Under the pieces are notes generated by a model. The model was not told where the DNA came from. It was given only the letters and a program-made list of their open reading frames with translations, and searched no databases. 64,000 nt of DNA from Patescibacteria group bacterium (lineage in GTDB: Bacteria; Patescibacteriota; Microgenomatia; UBA1400; PJMF01), in contig JAHDXH010000002.1 of NCBI GenBank assembly GCA_023382875.1, positions 69,724 to 133,723 on the forward strand, written 5' to 3'. Made by a program: the position numbers and the translations under genes. Positions 10,380 to 20,043 of this stretch are shown here, one piece after another (position 1 is the first letter of the stretch; each line of letters opens with the position of its first letter).

Positions 10380-11473
10380 GAAGCCTCACTACTTTTTGCC
10401 AATTTAATTAGGATACCTGTGGCTAACATTATCATAACTAGGGCCGAACCTCCAGATGAGAAGAGGGGCAAGGGGATGCCCGTTAATGGGACTAGTGCCA
10501 CTACTGCCGCAATATTCAATAAAGTTTGAGCACTGAACCAGATGGTAATTCCTAGTCCTAATAAATATTCAAAGCTACCTACTTCGTATTTTAGAGAAAT
10601 TCTAAAGCCCGTAATAATGTAGGCCAAATAAATAAAGCTAATGGTGATTACTCCCACAAAACCAATTTCTTCGGCAACAATGGCCAGAATAGAGTCTGAA
10701 CTGGCTTCGGGAATATAGTTGTGTTTTTGTTTTGATTCTCCAATACCTTGTCCAAACCATCCGCCCTGTCCTAGAGCTAAAGTAATCTGTCTGATGTGAA
10801 AGCTTGAGCCCAGAGGGTCAAGTTCTGGGTTGAAAAAAGTTGTCACTCTTTGTAGGCGATATGGTGAGGAGAAAATAGCGATGGTCACAAAAAGTAAGCC
10901 CACCGCAGCGATAGTGAAAATGTATTTCATTTCTCCACCTGCCACAAAATACATGCCAAAGGCTATGGCAAGAAAAATCAAAGTTGAGCCAAGGTCTGGT
11001 TGCAAGATAAGTAGTAGAGTTGGCATTGAAGTCAAAAAAGCAAACGGCATTAGGCGTTGATGCTTAGTCATCCAAGTCGCAAAAAAAGTTACCAAAGCCA
11101 ATTTGGCAAATTCCACCGGTTGAATAGTTACTAAACCAAATAAACTAAACCAACGATTGGCGCCATTCAACTTAAGACCAATGTGGGGGATGAAAACCAA
11201 AACAAGCGTGATAAGTGCGCCAAAGAAAAAAATGGGCGAAAACTTCTTCCACAGTTTGATTGGGGTGAAACTGGCGACGAATAAAATGACATATCCCAAA
11301 ACTAACCACATAGCTTGAGATTTTACGTAGTGATAAGCAGTGCCAAAAGTTAAGAAACTCTCTGCAACCGAACTTTCAAAAACAAACAGTAGGCCAAGCG
11401 ATGAAATTAAAACGGTTAGTAAAAATAAAACCACAGCACTGCTAACAAATCGTTTTTCTTTTTTTTCGGTCAT
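10376..11473 (-). CDS. ftsW: SEDS peptidoglycan polymerase FtsW
   Basis: NGANRW, QPVEFAK, QPDLGS, GIPLPLFSSGGS; multi-TM; before murG. Confidence 0.92.
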   Translation of the reverse strand: MTEKKEKRFVSSAVVLFLLTVLISSLGLLFVFESSVAESFLTFGTAYHYVKSQAMWLVLGYVILFVASFTPIKLWKKFSPIFFFGALITLVLVFIPHIGLKLNGANRWFSLFGLVTIQPVEFAKLALVTFFATWMTKHQRLMPFAFLTSMPTLLLILQPDLGSTLIFLAIAFGMYFVAGGEMKYIFTIAAVGLLFVTIAIFSSPYRLQRVTTFFNPELDPLGSSFHIRQITLALGQGGWFGQGIGESKQKHNYIPEASSDSILAIVAEEIGFVGVITISFIYLAYIITGFRISLKYEVGSFEYLLGLGITIWFSAQTLLNIAAVVALVPLTGIPLPLFSSGGSALVMIMLATGILIKLAKSSEAS

Positions 11474-11490
11474 TTCGTTCTTGCTTGTGA

Positions 11491-14193
11491 TTAAAGTTCG
11501 ATGATCGGTGAAGGTGATGGGACTGGTGAAACTATCGGCGTTGGACTAGGACTTGGTGATGGCGTTGGGCTTGGAGCTGGTTCTCGCCAATCTTCACCAC
11601 CAGTGCCGATTTTAACTTCACCGGTACTGGCCCATTTTCCTGATCGAGATAATGCTTTGGCCTGAATTTTGTAACGACCTCTATCTAGTTTAATCTTGCC
11701 TTTGTAGCTTCTGTTATTGATGGTTTCTTTTAATGACCCATTGACCCAAAGCTCAATTTTTTCGATACCATCACCACTATCGGCATCAATATTAACCTCA
11801 ATTTCTGTTTCCTGATAGTTCTTTTCGTTCTCTGGTTTGGTGATGCGAATGGCGATGTCGCTATTTTCACCGCAATATTCAGTTGGTGGTTTATAAAGAT
11901 CACCTTGAGCGTTCACCCAAGCATTAATTCCTTCTTGCCAGCGATTTTTACCATCTTGGCTGACAGGATCTTCTTCTCTTAGGGCAATGAATTCTTTTTC
12001 TTCATAATCGCCCACGCCAATTTTGGCATCAGTGGCGAGTTTCCTTTGATCATCACGACAAACTTTGAGCTTGGAGTGAATTGGATCCGGAGTGGTTGGT
12101 TTGGTTCCTTTGATGTAGTAGTCAAAGCGAGATTCAAAGCCATCGTGAGATGGGTAGCCGGAAATTTTATCCACTTCAACTTGTTCTACGCCTTCTGGCA
12201 CTTTCCATTCTTCAGAAACATAGCCCTCATCGATGGCTTTTTTAATAATATTTCTCCAAATTGGTGAGGCACCAGTAACACCAGAAGCGACGTGTTTCAT
12301 GGGTCTATTGTCATTATTACCAACCCAAGTACCGACAATAATATTTTTGTTCCAACCAATAGTCCAGTTGTCGCGTTGATCGTTGGTGGTACCAGTTTTG
12401 ACTGAGACACCTTTGCCCATATTGAGCAGTGAGTTTGGTCCGAAAGCTAATGAACGAGCGTCATTGTCAGCCAAAACATGATTGATTAAGAAAGCTTCGG
12501 ATTCGGTAATAACGCTTGGTCCTTTGGCTGGTTTGTATTCGTAAAGGGTTTGACCATTGAGATTTTCGACTTTTAAAATTGAAACAGGCTCGACTTTGGT
12601 ACCTAGGTTGGCGAAGCTTGAATAAGCGGTAACAGTGTCAATTAAGTGAACCTCAGCACCACCTAAAGTTGCTGATAAGCCAAAGCGCTTCATGTTTTCT
12701 GCAGTTGGCTCGAGTGTAGGGAAGCCCATTTTGAAAGCCAATTCTAAGAAGTTATCAACGCCCACGATGGCTAGAGATTTAACGGCAGGAATGTTGAGTG
12801 AGCTACCTAGAGAAGTTCTCAAGCTAACTGGTCCGTGGAATTTGCCGTCGTAGTTTTTGGGTTGATAGGGCTTGTCAGCAGTTTCGTTAGGAGTAAATGT
12901 AGTTTCAACGTCAGTGATCATTGAGGCAGGCGAGTAACCTTTTTGGAACATGGCTAAATAGGTCAACGGCTTGATCGAAGAACCCGGTTGTCTCAAACCA
13001 TCAACAACTACATTATATTGACCACCAATAGATGAGTCTGAGTAATCTTTACTTCCCACCATGGCCAAAATTTCTCCAGTATTGGGGTTCATGGCTAAGG
13101 CAGCGCCATTGGAAATATCGTAGTTTTTGATTTTTTCCAATTCGTCGTAAACAATTTGTTGGCTGTCCTTTTGCAGTTCTAAGTCCAAGGTAGTGGTAAC
13201 TTTAAGACCACCTCGTTTGAGCATGTCTTCGCCAAACATTTCATCCAATTGATCTTCGATATAAAAAACAAAGTGTGGAGCATTGATGCTGGTTTGCTGT
13301 CTAGTGAAGGTCATTTGATCCATTTGGGCTAATGCTTCTTCACGGGCGAGTTCAGTAATATAGCCATCTTCTACCATTCTTCTCAAAACGCCTTCGGCTC
13401 TGAGTTTCCAAAGTAACTTGCCATCTTCATCAGTTTTGCCAAGGAATGGTGAGTAAGCAGAGGGTCTTTGGGGTAAGCCAGCTAAGATTGCTGATTCAGC
13501 CAAAGTTAATTCTGAAACTTTTTTATTAAAGTAACTCTCACTGGCTGCGCCTACACCAATAGAAACGCCACCGTAGGGCACTTCATTCAAATACATTTCC
13601 AAAATTTGATCTTTGGTGAATTTTCTCTCAATTTGCAAAGACAAAACTAACTCTTTGAATTTACGAGTAATAGTTCTTTCGTTAGTCAAAAGAACCGTTT
13701 TGACTAATTGTTGGGTAAGGGTGGAACCACCCACAACTCGACCGCCTTTGAATATATAGTTATAAGGAATACGGATGATGGTTAAAAAATCAAAGCCTTT
13801 GTGTTTGTAAAAATCTTTATCTTCAACAGCGACAGTGGCTTGTTTTAAGTAGGTTGGCATTTGGTCAACAGCAACCGGTTCTCTTTTTTCCGCCTGATAA
13901 AGATCATGAATAAGATTGCCATTTCTATCTAGAAGTTGGGTGTTGAAGCCTTCGGTACGGACAATTTGGCCGGGTTTGGGGAGATTTCTAGATACCCAGG
14001 CAAAAGTAATAAAGAAGAGAACAATGGCTGCGACAGTTCCAGCTAGAGCTAAAATAGTGAGAAATCTTGCCCAACGGATGAGCTTGAGTTTTTTCTCAGC
14101 CGGAGTCAGCCTACTGTAGTTAAGTCTCGAGAAGCGGCGGTTAGTGAATTGTCTTTTCAGTTTATTCCAGCTTCTAGTGAGATTGATCTTCAT
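11491..14193 (-). CDS. Class A penicillin-binding protein (PBP1A-like) with a C-terminal Ig-like domain and Pro/Ser/Thr tail
   Basis: GT51 motifs EDKDFYKH and GGSTLTQQLVK; transpeptidase motifs SSIK, SLN, KTGT. Confidence 0.93.
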   Translation of the reverse strand: MKINLTRSWNKLKRQFTNRRFSRLNYSRLTPAEKKLKLIRWARFLTILALAGTVAAIVLFFITFAWVSRNLPKPGQIVRTEGFNTQLLDRNGNLIHDLYQAEKREPVAVDQMPTYLKQATVAVEDKDFYKHKGFDFLTIIRIPYNYIFKGGRVVGGSTLTQQLVKTVLLTNERTITRKFKELVLSLQIERKFTKDQILEMYLNEVPYGGVSIGVGAASESYFNKKVSELTLAESAILAGLPQRPSAYSPFLGKTDEDGKLLWKLRAEGVLRRMVEDGYITELAREEALAQMDQMTFTRQQTSINAPHFVFYIEDQLDEMFGEDMLKRGGLKVTTTLDLELQKDSQQIVYDELEKIKNYDISNGAALAMNPNTGEILAMVGSKDYSDSSIGGQYNVVVDGLRQPGSSIKPLTYLAMFQKGYSPASMITDVETTFTPNETADKPYQPKNYDGKFHGPVSLRTSLGSSLNIPAVKSLAIVGVDNFLELAFKMGFPTLEPTAENMKRFGLSATLGGAEVHLIDTVTAYSSFANLGTKVEPVSILKVENLNGQTLYEYKPAKGPSVITESEAFLINHVLADNDARSLAFGPNSLLNMGKGVSVKTGTTNDQRDNWTIGWNKNIIVGTWVGNNDNRPMKHVASGVTGASPIWRNIIKKAIDEGYVSEEWKVPEGVEQVEVDKISGYPSHDGFESRFDYYIKGTKPTTPDPIHSKLKVCRDDQRKLATDAKIGVGDYEEKEFIALREEDPVSQDGKNRWQEGINAWVNAQGDLYKPPTEYCGENSDIAIRITKPENEKNYQETEIEVNIDADSGDGIEKIELWVNGSLKETINNRSYKGKIKLDRGRYKIQAKALSRSGKWASTGEVKIGTGGEDWREPAPSPTPSPSPSPTPIVSPVPSPSPIIEL

Positions 14194-14255
14194 AAAAAAC
14201 ATTCTACCAAGATTGTCGATACCATGCTACCAAAAAATCATGTTATGATGATTTT

Positions 14256-15038
14256 ATGCAACTAAAATCTCTTTTAATCAAGCTTTTAACAGTTGTGCTC
14301 TTGAGCGGAGCAGGCGTTCTCACAGTTGTGATCGTCATGAAATTCTTTGGTCCATTGCCACTTTCTATCAACTCTACTGTTTCTCAAAAAGCTTCACTTT
14401 TCTATAGTGAAGGTAAGAGTGAAATGGAAGTAGTTCCAGATGAAGCCAAAGTTTCCTTGGGTATTAACATTCAAAAAGATACTGTTGGAGTAGCTCAAGA
14501 TGAAGCTAATAAAGTTATCAATGCTATTACTGCAAAATTAGCTGAACTGGGAATCGATAAAGAAGATGTCAAAACTTCCAATTATTCGATTTATCCAAAC
14601 TACGATTACACCAATGGCACCAACCGTATTATTGGTTACAACATCAACTCTAACTTAGAGGTGACAATTTCTGACTTTGATAAGCTCAATTCTGTGATTG
14701 ATTTGGCTACTGCAGAAGGCGCCAACCAAGTTGGTGGTGTCCAATTTACTTTGAGCAAAGAAAAAGAAGCCGAGCTTAAACAACAAGCTAGACAAGAAGC
14801 TATTAAAGATGCACAAGAAAGTGCTCAGGAGTTAGCGAGATTGAGTGGTATTAGATTAGGTCGAGTCGTCGATGTCAGTGAAAGTAGAATGGATACTTGG
14901 CCAGTTTCTCCAATGTACAGAAGTGCTGAAGTTATGATGAATAAAGATGCTTACGGCTCTGGCGGTGAATCCACTAGTATCGAGCCAGGTAGCACTACCT
15001 ATTCTTACGTAGTTAACTTAAGCTACGAAACTTTCTAA
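14256..15038 (+). CDS. SIMPL/DUF541 family exported protein
   Basis: N-terminal TM; GKSEMEVVPDEAKVSLG, KTSNYSIYPNY, GANQVGGVQF, IEPG. Confidence 0.88.
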   Translation: MQLKSLLIKLLTVVLLSGAGVLTVVIVMKFFGPLPLSINSTVSQKASLFYSEGKSEMEVVPDEAKVSLGINIQKDTVGVAQDEANKVINAITAKLAELGIDKEDVKTSNYSIYPNYDYTNGTNRIIGYNINSNLEVTISDFDKLNSVIDLATAEGANQVGGVQFTLSKEKEAELKQQARQEAIKDAQESAQELARLSGIRLGRVVDVSESRMDTWPVSPMYRSAEVMMNKDAYGSGGESTSIEPGSTTYSYVVNLSYETF

Positions 15039-15062
15039 GTTAGCAAAAAATATTGAGATTTA

Positions 15063-16709
15063 TTAAATCACCGCTTCGATTGATCGAGCGGTGATTTGCG
15101 TTGTGGTGCGTCCGCGCCATTCATTAAGGCTTAATTCTCCCGCAACCTTGATGAGTTGTCCGCTGGTGAGAGTTTCTGCTAAATAGCCTTTCTTCCAACC
15201 AATGATATTTAGATATTGGCCGTCTTCATCGCTTACAGCCAATCTGAGGTGCTGACTTTCTTGCCCCATGGTTTTAATGCTGATTATTTTCAGTTGGTCG
15301 AAGCCAAAGATCGGCGTTGGATTTTTGACACCAAATGGCTCAAAAGTTTTGAGTAAATGATGGGTTTTATCGGTGGCTAGTTTGACTGGTAATAAACATT
15401 CAACTTCGAGTTTTCTCTCAAAAAGTTCGTCGTCATATTTTTGTGCTAGGGCTTGAAGTTTTTTCTTGATGAGGTCGATTTTACTGATTTCTACGCTAAA
15501 ACCAGCAGCCATGGGGTGACCACCAGCAGCAAGTAAATCACTTTTCACTTCTCTAATGAGTTCAATAATATTGATACCAGCTATAGAACGAGCTGAGGCT
15601 TTGCCAGTTGTTTCGTTTAAAGAAATGACGATGACCGGCTTGTTGAATTGTTCAGTGAGTTTGCCCGCAATCAGACCAATTACACCTTCATGAAAGCTAT
15701 GTTCTTGAACAATCAAAAGTTTTTCTTGAGCTTGCGCCTCGACCTGCTCCATTGCTGATTCAATCTGTTGAGCTGTTAAGTCTTGTCTTTCTACATTTGT
15801 GTTTGAGAGTTCTTGGGCCAAGTTCGCGGCTTGTTCCTGATTGGTGGTGCAAAGAAGTCGTAGTGCTTGCAGGCCATTTTTCAATCTACCCATGGCGTTA
15901 ATACGAGGGGCAATGGCGTAGTTGATAATATTGGAGTCAATCAAAGATTGGTTGATGGAAGAATTTTTAATTAGTTCGGTCAAGCCAAGTCGAGTGGTGT
16001 TTTTGAGTGATTTGATGCCCCAAGCTGCAAAGCTTCTATTAAACTGCGTTAATGGCATTTGGTCAGCAATGGTGGCGATGCCAGCTAAATCTAGCTGTTT
16101 GCTGATTAGTTGATCATTGTCTGCTGAAAAATGACGAATTATTTCTCTAGCAAAAAGCCAGGAGACGCCTGCCCCACATACTTTGGTGGAGTGAAAAATA
16201 GCATCAGCCTTCGGCAATTCTTCTTCAGGTAAGTGGTGGTCGGTCAAAATTATTGGGCAATTTTTTTTGTTTAAATAATCAACGGCTTCATGAGCAACAA
16301 TACCGTTGTCGACAGTAATGAGTAGCTCGGGGGTAGCGGTAGTAAAAATTTCGTCCAATGCTTTAGTGGTCAGTCCATAGCCATGATTCAAGCGGTCTGG
16401 AATAAAAGGTTTGGCGTTAAAGCCAAGATTATGAAGCACGCGCCATAAAATGGCAGTGGCGGTAATGCCATCTGCGTCATAGTCGCCAAAAATAACGATT
16501 AGGCCTTGAGTATTTTTAACTTTGTTTAAGATTTCTAATGATTTTTTTAGAGCAGCTTGATCAATGTTAAGTTCTTCTATTTTGAAGGTGGTGGGTTTTG
16601 GGGGATTAAACCACTGCTGTTCGTCTACAACCTGGCGGTTTTCAAGGAGGATTTTTTTGAGTTCAGTTTGATTTTCGGCGAGCGCAGAGTTTTTGATAAG
16701 CCACTTCAT
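15063..16709 (-). CDS. recJ: Single-stranded-DNA exonuclease RecJ
   Basis: GDYDADG, TVDNG, TDHH, PRINAMGR, GGHPMAAG; start moved to ATG 16709 (TAATG overlap with the upstream gene). Confidence 0.95.
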   Translation of the reverse strand: MKWLIKNSALAENQTELKKILLENRQVVDEQQWFNPPKPTTFKIEELNIDQAALKKSLEILNKVKNTQGLIVIFGDYDADGITATAILWRVLHNLGFNAKPFIPDRLNHGYGLTTKALDEIFTTATPELLITVDNGIVAHEAVDYLNKKNCPIILTDHHLPEEELPKADAIFHSTKVCGAGVSWLFAREIIRHFSADNDQLISKQLDLAGIATIADQMPLTQFNRSFAAWGIKSLKNTTRLGLTELIKNSSINQSLIDSNIINYAIAPRINAMGRLKNGLQALRLLCTTNQEQAANLAQELSNTNVERQDLTAQQIESAMEQVEAQAQEKLLIVQEHSFHEGVIGLIAGKLTEQFNKPVIVISLNETTGKASARSIAGINIIELIREVKSDLLAAGGHPMAAGFSVEISKIDLIKKKLQALAQKYDDELFERKLEVECLLPVKLATDKTHHLLKTFEPFGVKNPTPIFGFDQLKIISIKTMGQESQHLRLAVSDEDGQYLNIIGWKKGYLAETLTSGQLIKVAGELSLNEWRGRTTTQITARSIEAVI

Positions 16710-17074
16710 TAGGAAATGATATAAATGATTCTGAATAAAGCCAGAACCAAAACGACTTGAACTACCACCGTTGACCAAGAGAAAAGGATTACTAGTAATC
16801 TATCGCTATTTGCAATTGATTTGGTAATAGCAACATGAACTAAGGTGCTAGCCAAAGCTAAGCCAGGAAATAAAAAGAGCCATTCTTTTGCAGCCAAGTG
16901 TTGAGCTGGTTCAGGCAATGAGTAAAATAAAGGAATTTGTGGTTGCGATCTGAAGTAGAAAACTAAAGTTGCCAAAGCAGAGGTTAAAGTCAAAAGGTAA
17001 ACAATTAAAAACGGTGTTTTAACAAACTTTGGTAGAAGAAAAAAATTGTTTTGTGAGCGTGATCCAAATTGCAT
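16709..17074 (-). CDS. Hypothetical 3-TM membrane protein (DUF1648-like)
   Basis: Three hydrophobic segments, PQIPLFYS loop; coupled to recJ. Confidence 0.6.
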   Translation of the reverse strand: MQFGSRSQNNFFLLPKFVKTPFLIVYLLTLTSALATLVFYFRSQPQIPLFYSLPEPAQHLAAKEWLFLFPGLALASTLVHVAITKSIANSDRLLVILFSWSTVVVQVVLVLALFRIIYIIS

Positions 17075-17084
17075 GACATTACCA

Positions 17085-18902
17085 TTATATAACTAAGTTT
17101 ATTAAATTGATGGTTTTAAGTAAGTTGGTTGTTATTTCTTCTGACAACGGAGTTCTGGAGAAGGTTTCAATGATTTGTTGTTTGATGTTGAATTGTTGTG
17201 GTAGGTCAGAAATTTCAGCTTGTTTGGCTTTGGTAAGAAGATAATCAAAAACTGGCCAAAATTTTCCAAAAGGGTTTGAATAATAGTTTTCAAGTTTGTC
17301 AATTAATTCTTTCCATTGGCTATTGTTTTCACTTTCAGCATTCGGACTTGGGTTGACCATTGTTTCGCTGGCGGGATCAAAATTAAGTTGCCACGTTTTA
17401 GTGCTTTCATTTTCAACGACTAGCTCATCGGTCAAAACTTGACCTGATTGACTGTAACTATAAAAACTTACATTTGTTGTTTCTAGAGAATGGTTAACAA
17501 TTTCAATTTTGTAATTACCTTGTTTTGGTTTTCTAATTTGAGTGATTTTCCAGTTAGTTTCTTGACCAGAAATTGGGTCAACAATTTTTTCTTCAAATTG
17601 TTCTATTTCCAGTGTAGTAGCGGGATCAGTGTTGATTATTATTTCAACATCTGGTTTTGTGACAAAGAGTAAATAACTTAAATCTGTATAGCTTGGTGTA
17701 AAAAGTCTGGATGATAGCAATTCTTTTCCATGTTGTTTGAAGTTTCTAAAAATATAATAAGGATCGAGGATAGTAAAATCTTGATTTTCTTGGTTATAAC
17801 CATTGGCAACCAAAAAGTGACCAGTAATGTTAAAAATGAGGGGTAAATTTTGAGTAAGTGCTTCGACTTGTTTTGTGAGATCACTGCCCACCAATCGTTG
17901 GTATTCTAATTTTGGCGTTCCATATCTAAGGTGAATGGCGGTGCTGAGTCTGGAGATTGCTAGCCAATTTAGCAAGCCATCACCGATATAGCCGTCGATT
18001 TGGTTTTTTAGCCATTCATTTAAACTGGCCGGTGTTATTTCTTGACCATCAGGTAAAAAATTTAATTGATAATAACGCATGACCATAGCCGCGGCAGTTA
18101 AAGCACAACCCCATCTGTCGATGGTTGGATTTGGTGACCAGAGTTTGGCAGAATCATATTCAAGTTGCGACCATTTGACATCGGTTTGTTTGAGTAGGGG
18201 AACTTCTAATTCATCTGTCAGTGTTTGAGGTAGAGAAAAAACTTGCAAGTTATCAAACGAAGACACAGATCTCTTGCTACCCAAGCTAGTTTTTAAGGCA
18301 ATGGTTTTGCTTCCTGCTGCCAGTGGCTGTTGATCGTAAACATTGAGAACTTTTTGGCCATTAATAAAAACAATTAAGCGCTGATTTTGATACTTAATGG
18401 TAAAGTGATAAATTTCATTGGCCAAAAATGGGAAGGTAGTGTGATTATTTTCCAGTGGTTGAGAAAGCCCCGCGACCACTTTTTGAGCTGTAATGCCTGT
18501 GCCATAGAGTTTGAGGTCATACCAATTGTCCTTATCTTGCCACCACCAAACAAAATTCCGATCCATGTTGATTGACTCATCAAGTCTCCAATCGAAATCG
18601 ACTTGCCAATTCGGCGAAGAGATTATTTGATTTGAGCTTGGTGTTATTGCAAGAGTACAGCCAACGCCATCAACAACAAGTTTTGCCCAGCCGTTTTCAA
18701 TTTGCCATTTGGCAGGCGATAAAACATCCAAACAATGATTCCAGCCACCCGAACCTTCATTTTGAGCAACGACCCAAGGGCTAATGCTAGCTCTGTCAAA
18801 CTGGTCAACTACTAGAGTAGTGTTTGCCCTTATAATAGGTGCGTAAAGATGACTAAAAAATTCTACGACCAGCAAGGTAAATAAAACGGCGATTGGTCTC
18901 AT
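17085..18902 (-). CDS. Secreted protein: ConA/LamG-like beta-sandwich plus C39-like papain-fold peptidase
   Basis: Signal peptide; VPLLKQTD..W, WGCALTAAAM, GHFLVANG, ILDPY (Q/C/H/D); LIVFINGQKV...FDNLQV lectin-like segment. Confidence 0.7.
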   Translation of the reverse strand: MRPIAVLFTLLVVEFFSHLYAPIIRANTTLVVDQFDRASISPWVVAQNEGSGGWNHCLDVLSPAKWQIENGWAKLVVDGVGCTLAITPSSNQIISSPNWQVDFDWRLDESINMDRNFVWWWQDKDNWYDLKLYGTGITAQKVVAGLSQPLENNHTTFPFLANEIYHFTIKYQNQRLIVFINGQKVLNVYDQQPLAAGSKTIALKTSLGSKRSVSSFDNLQVFSLPQTLTDELEVPLLKQTDVKWSQLEYDSAKLWSPNPTIDRWGCALTAAAMVMRYYQLNFLPDGQEITPASLNEWLKNQIDGYIGDGLLNWLAISRLSTAIHLRYGTPKLEYQRLVGSDLTKQVEALTQNLPLIFNITGHFLVANGYNQENQDFTILDPYYIFRNFKQHGKELLSSRLFTPSYTDLSYLLFVTKPDVEIIINTDPATTLEIEQFEEKIVDPISGQETNWKITQIRKPKQGNYKIEIVNHSLETTNVSFYSYSQSGQVLTDELVVENESTKTWQLNFDPASETMVNPSPNAESENNSQWKELIDKLENYYSNPFGKFWPVFDYLLTKAKQAEISDLPQQFNIKQQIIETFSRTPLSEEITTNLLKTINLINLVI

Positions 18903-18951
18903 GTGAAGATTTTGACAAACAAATCTTTCATTAACCTAAAATCAAATCAAC

Positions 18952-20043
18952 ATGGCAAAAATTATTCATTTAGCTAGATATTACGAACCACATGTTGGCG
19001 GTGTGGAAACACACCTGAGTGAATTAAATAAACGTTTACTGGCGAATGGTGATGAGGTCACGGTTTTTTGTGAAGAGCACGATAAATCCTTGCCTGCTGA
19101 AGAAATCATTGATGACGTTAAAGTCATGAGAATGCCTGCACTTTCTTTTAAGTCTAGACTTTTGTTTTTTGGCTTTTTAAATAAAATTTATTTCAAAATA
19201 AAAGTTTGGACCTGGATTGCGAGTAAAAGTAAGCTGCTGATTGAGGCCGATGTTATTCAAGTTCATGATGTTTTTTGGTGGATTTGGCCTGTTTATTCTT
19301 TTGTTTATTACAAAACATATTTAACTTTTCACGGATGGGATGGAAAATATCCGATTTCAATTTTGGCTAAAGCACACCGTTATTACAATGCGATGGCAGC
19401 TAAAAAAACACTCCATGTTGGTAAATTTATTCAAAAATTTTATTGGGACAAGCCAACCGATGTTATTTTTGGAGGAGCCAAAAGTTCGCTATTAAACGAG
19501 TCTTTGCCTAAGCAAAAAAATACCAATGATTTATTTATCGGTAATGATTCGCATTTGGTTTTTATCGGTAGATTGGAAGATGTGAATGAAATTGAAAGGG
19601 TTCTTGAATTTTTAAAGTTAATGAAAGAAAAACATCCTAAAATTAAGATTGCTTTTGTGGGAGATGGGGCTTGGAGGAAAGAGTGTGAGGAATTGGGTCG
19701 GGTTACAGGTTTTGTCAAAAATACAGAGCGTTATTTACATGAAGCAGATGTCGTTGTGGCTAACTCATATCTATCAATTTTGGATAGCCAAGCTTTGGGT
19801 AAACTTGTTTGTGCTTTTTATTCAAATCCGGTTAAAGAAAGTTATCTAAAAACTTTTGTGGGAGCCCGATATATGTTTATAGAAACTAAACCAGAGAAAA
19901 TGGTTTTGCATCTGGAAAAATTAAGTTGGAAACAAGCATCTTTTATTGCTAAAAAAGTTAAAGCTTTTGCTCAGGAACAAACTTGGGAAAACGTGACAAA
20001 AATATATCAAAAACTATGGCAAACACCTCAGGAAAAAAATTAA
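18952..20043 (+). CDS. Glycosyltransferase family 4
   Basis: PHVGGVE, TFHG, FIGRL, VGDG GT-B motifs. Confidence 0.85.
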   Translation: MAKIIHLARYYEPHVGGVETHLSELNKRLLANGDEVTVFCEEHDKSLPAEEIIDDVKVMRMPALSFKSRLLFFGFLNKIYFKIKVWTWIASKSKLLIEADVIQVHDVFWWIWPVYSFVYYKTYLTFHGWDGKYPISILAKAHRYYNAMAAKKTLHVGKFIQKFYWDKPTDVIFGGAKSSLLNESLPKQKNTNDLFIGNDSHLVFIGRLEDVNEIERVLEFLKLMKEKHPKIKIAFVGDGAWRKECEELGRVTGFVKNTERYLHEADVVVANSYLSILDSQALGKLVCAFYSNPVKESYLKTFVGARYMFIETKPEKMVLHLEKLSWKQASFIAKKVKAFAQEQTWENVTKIYQKLWQTPQEKN

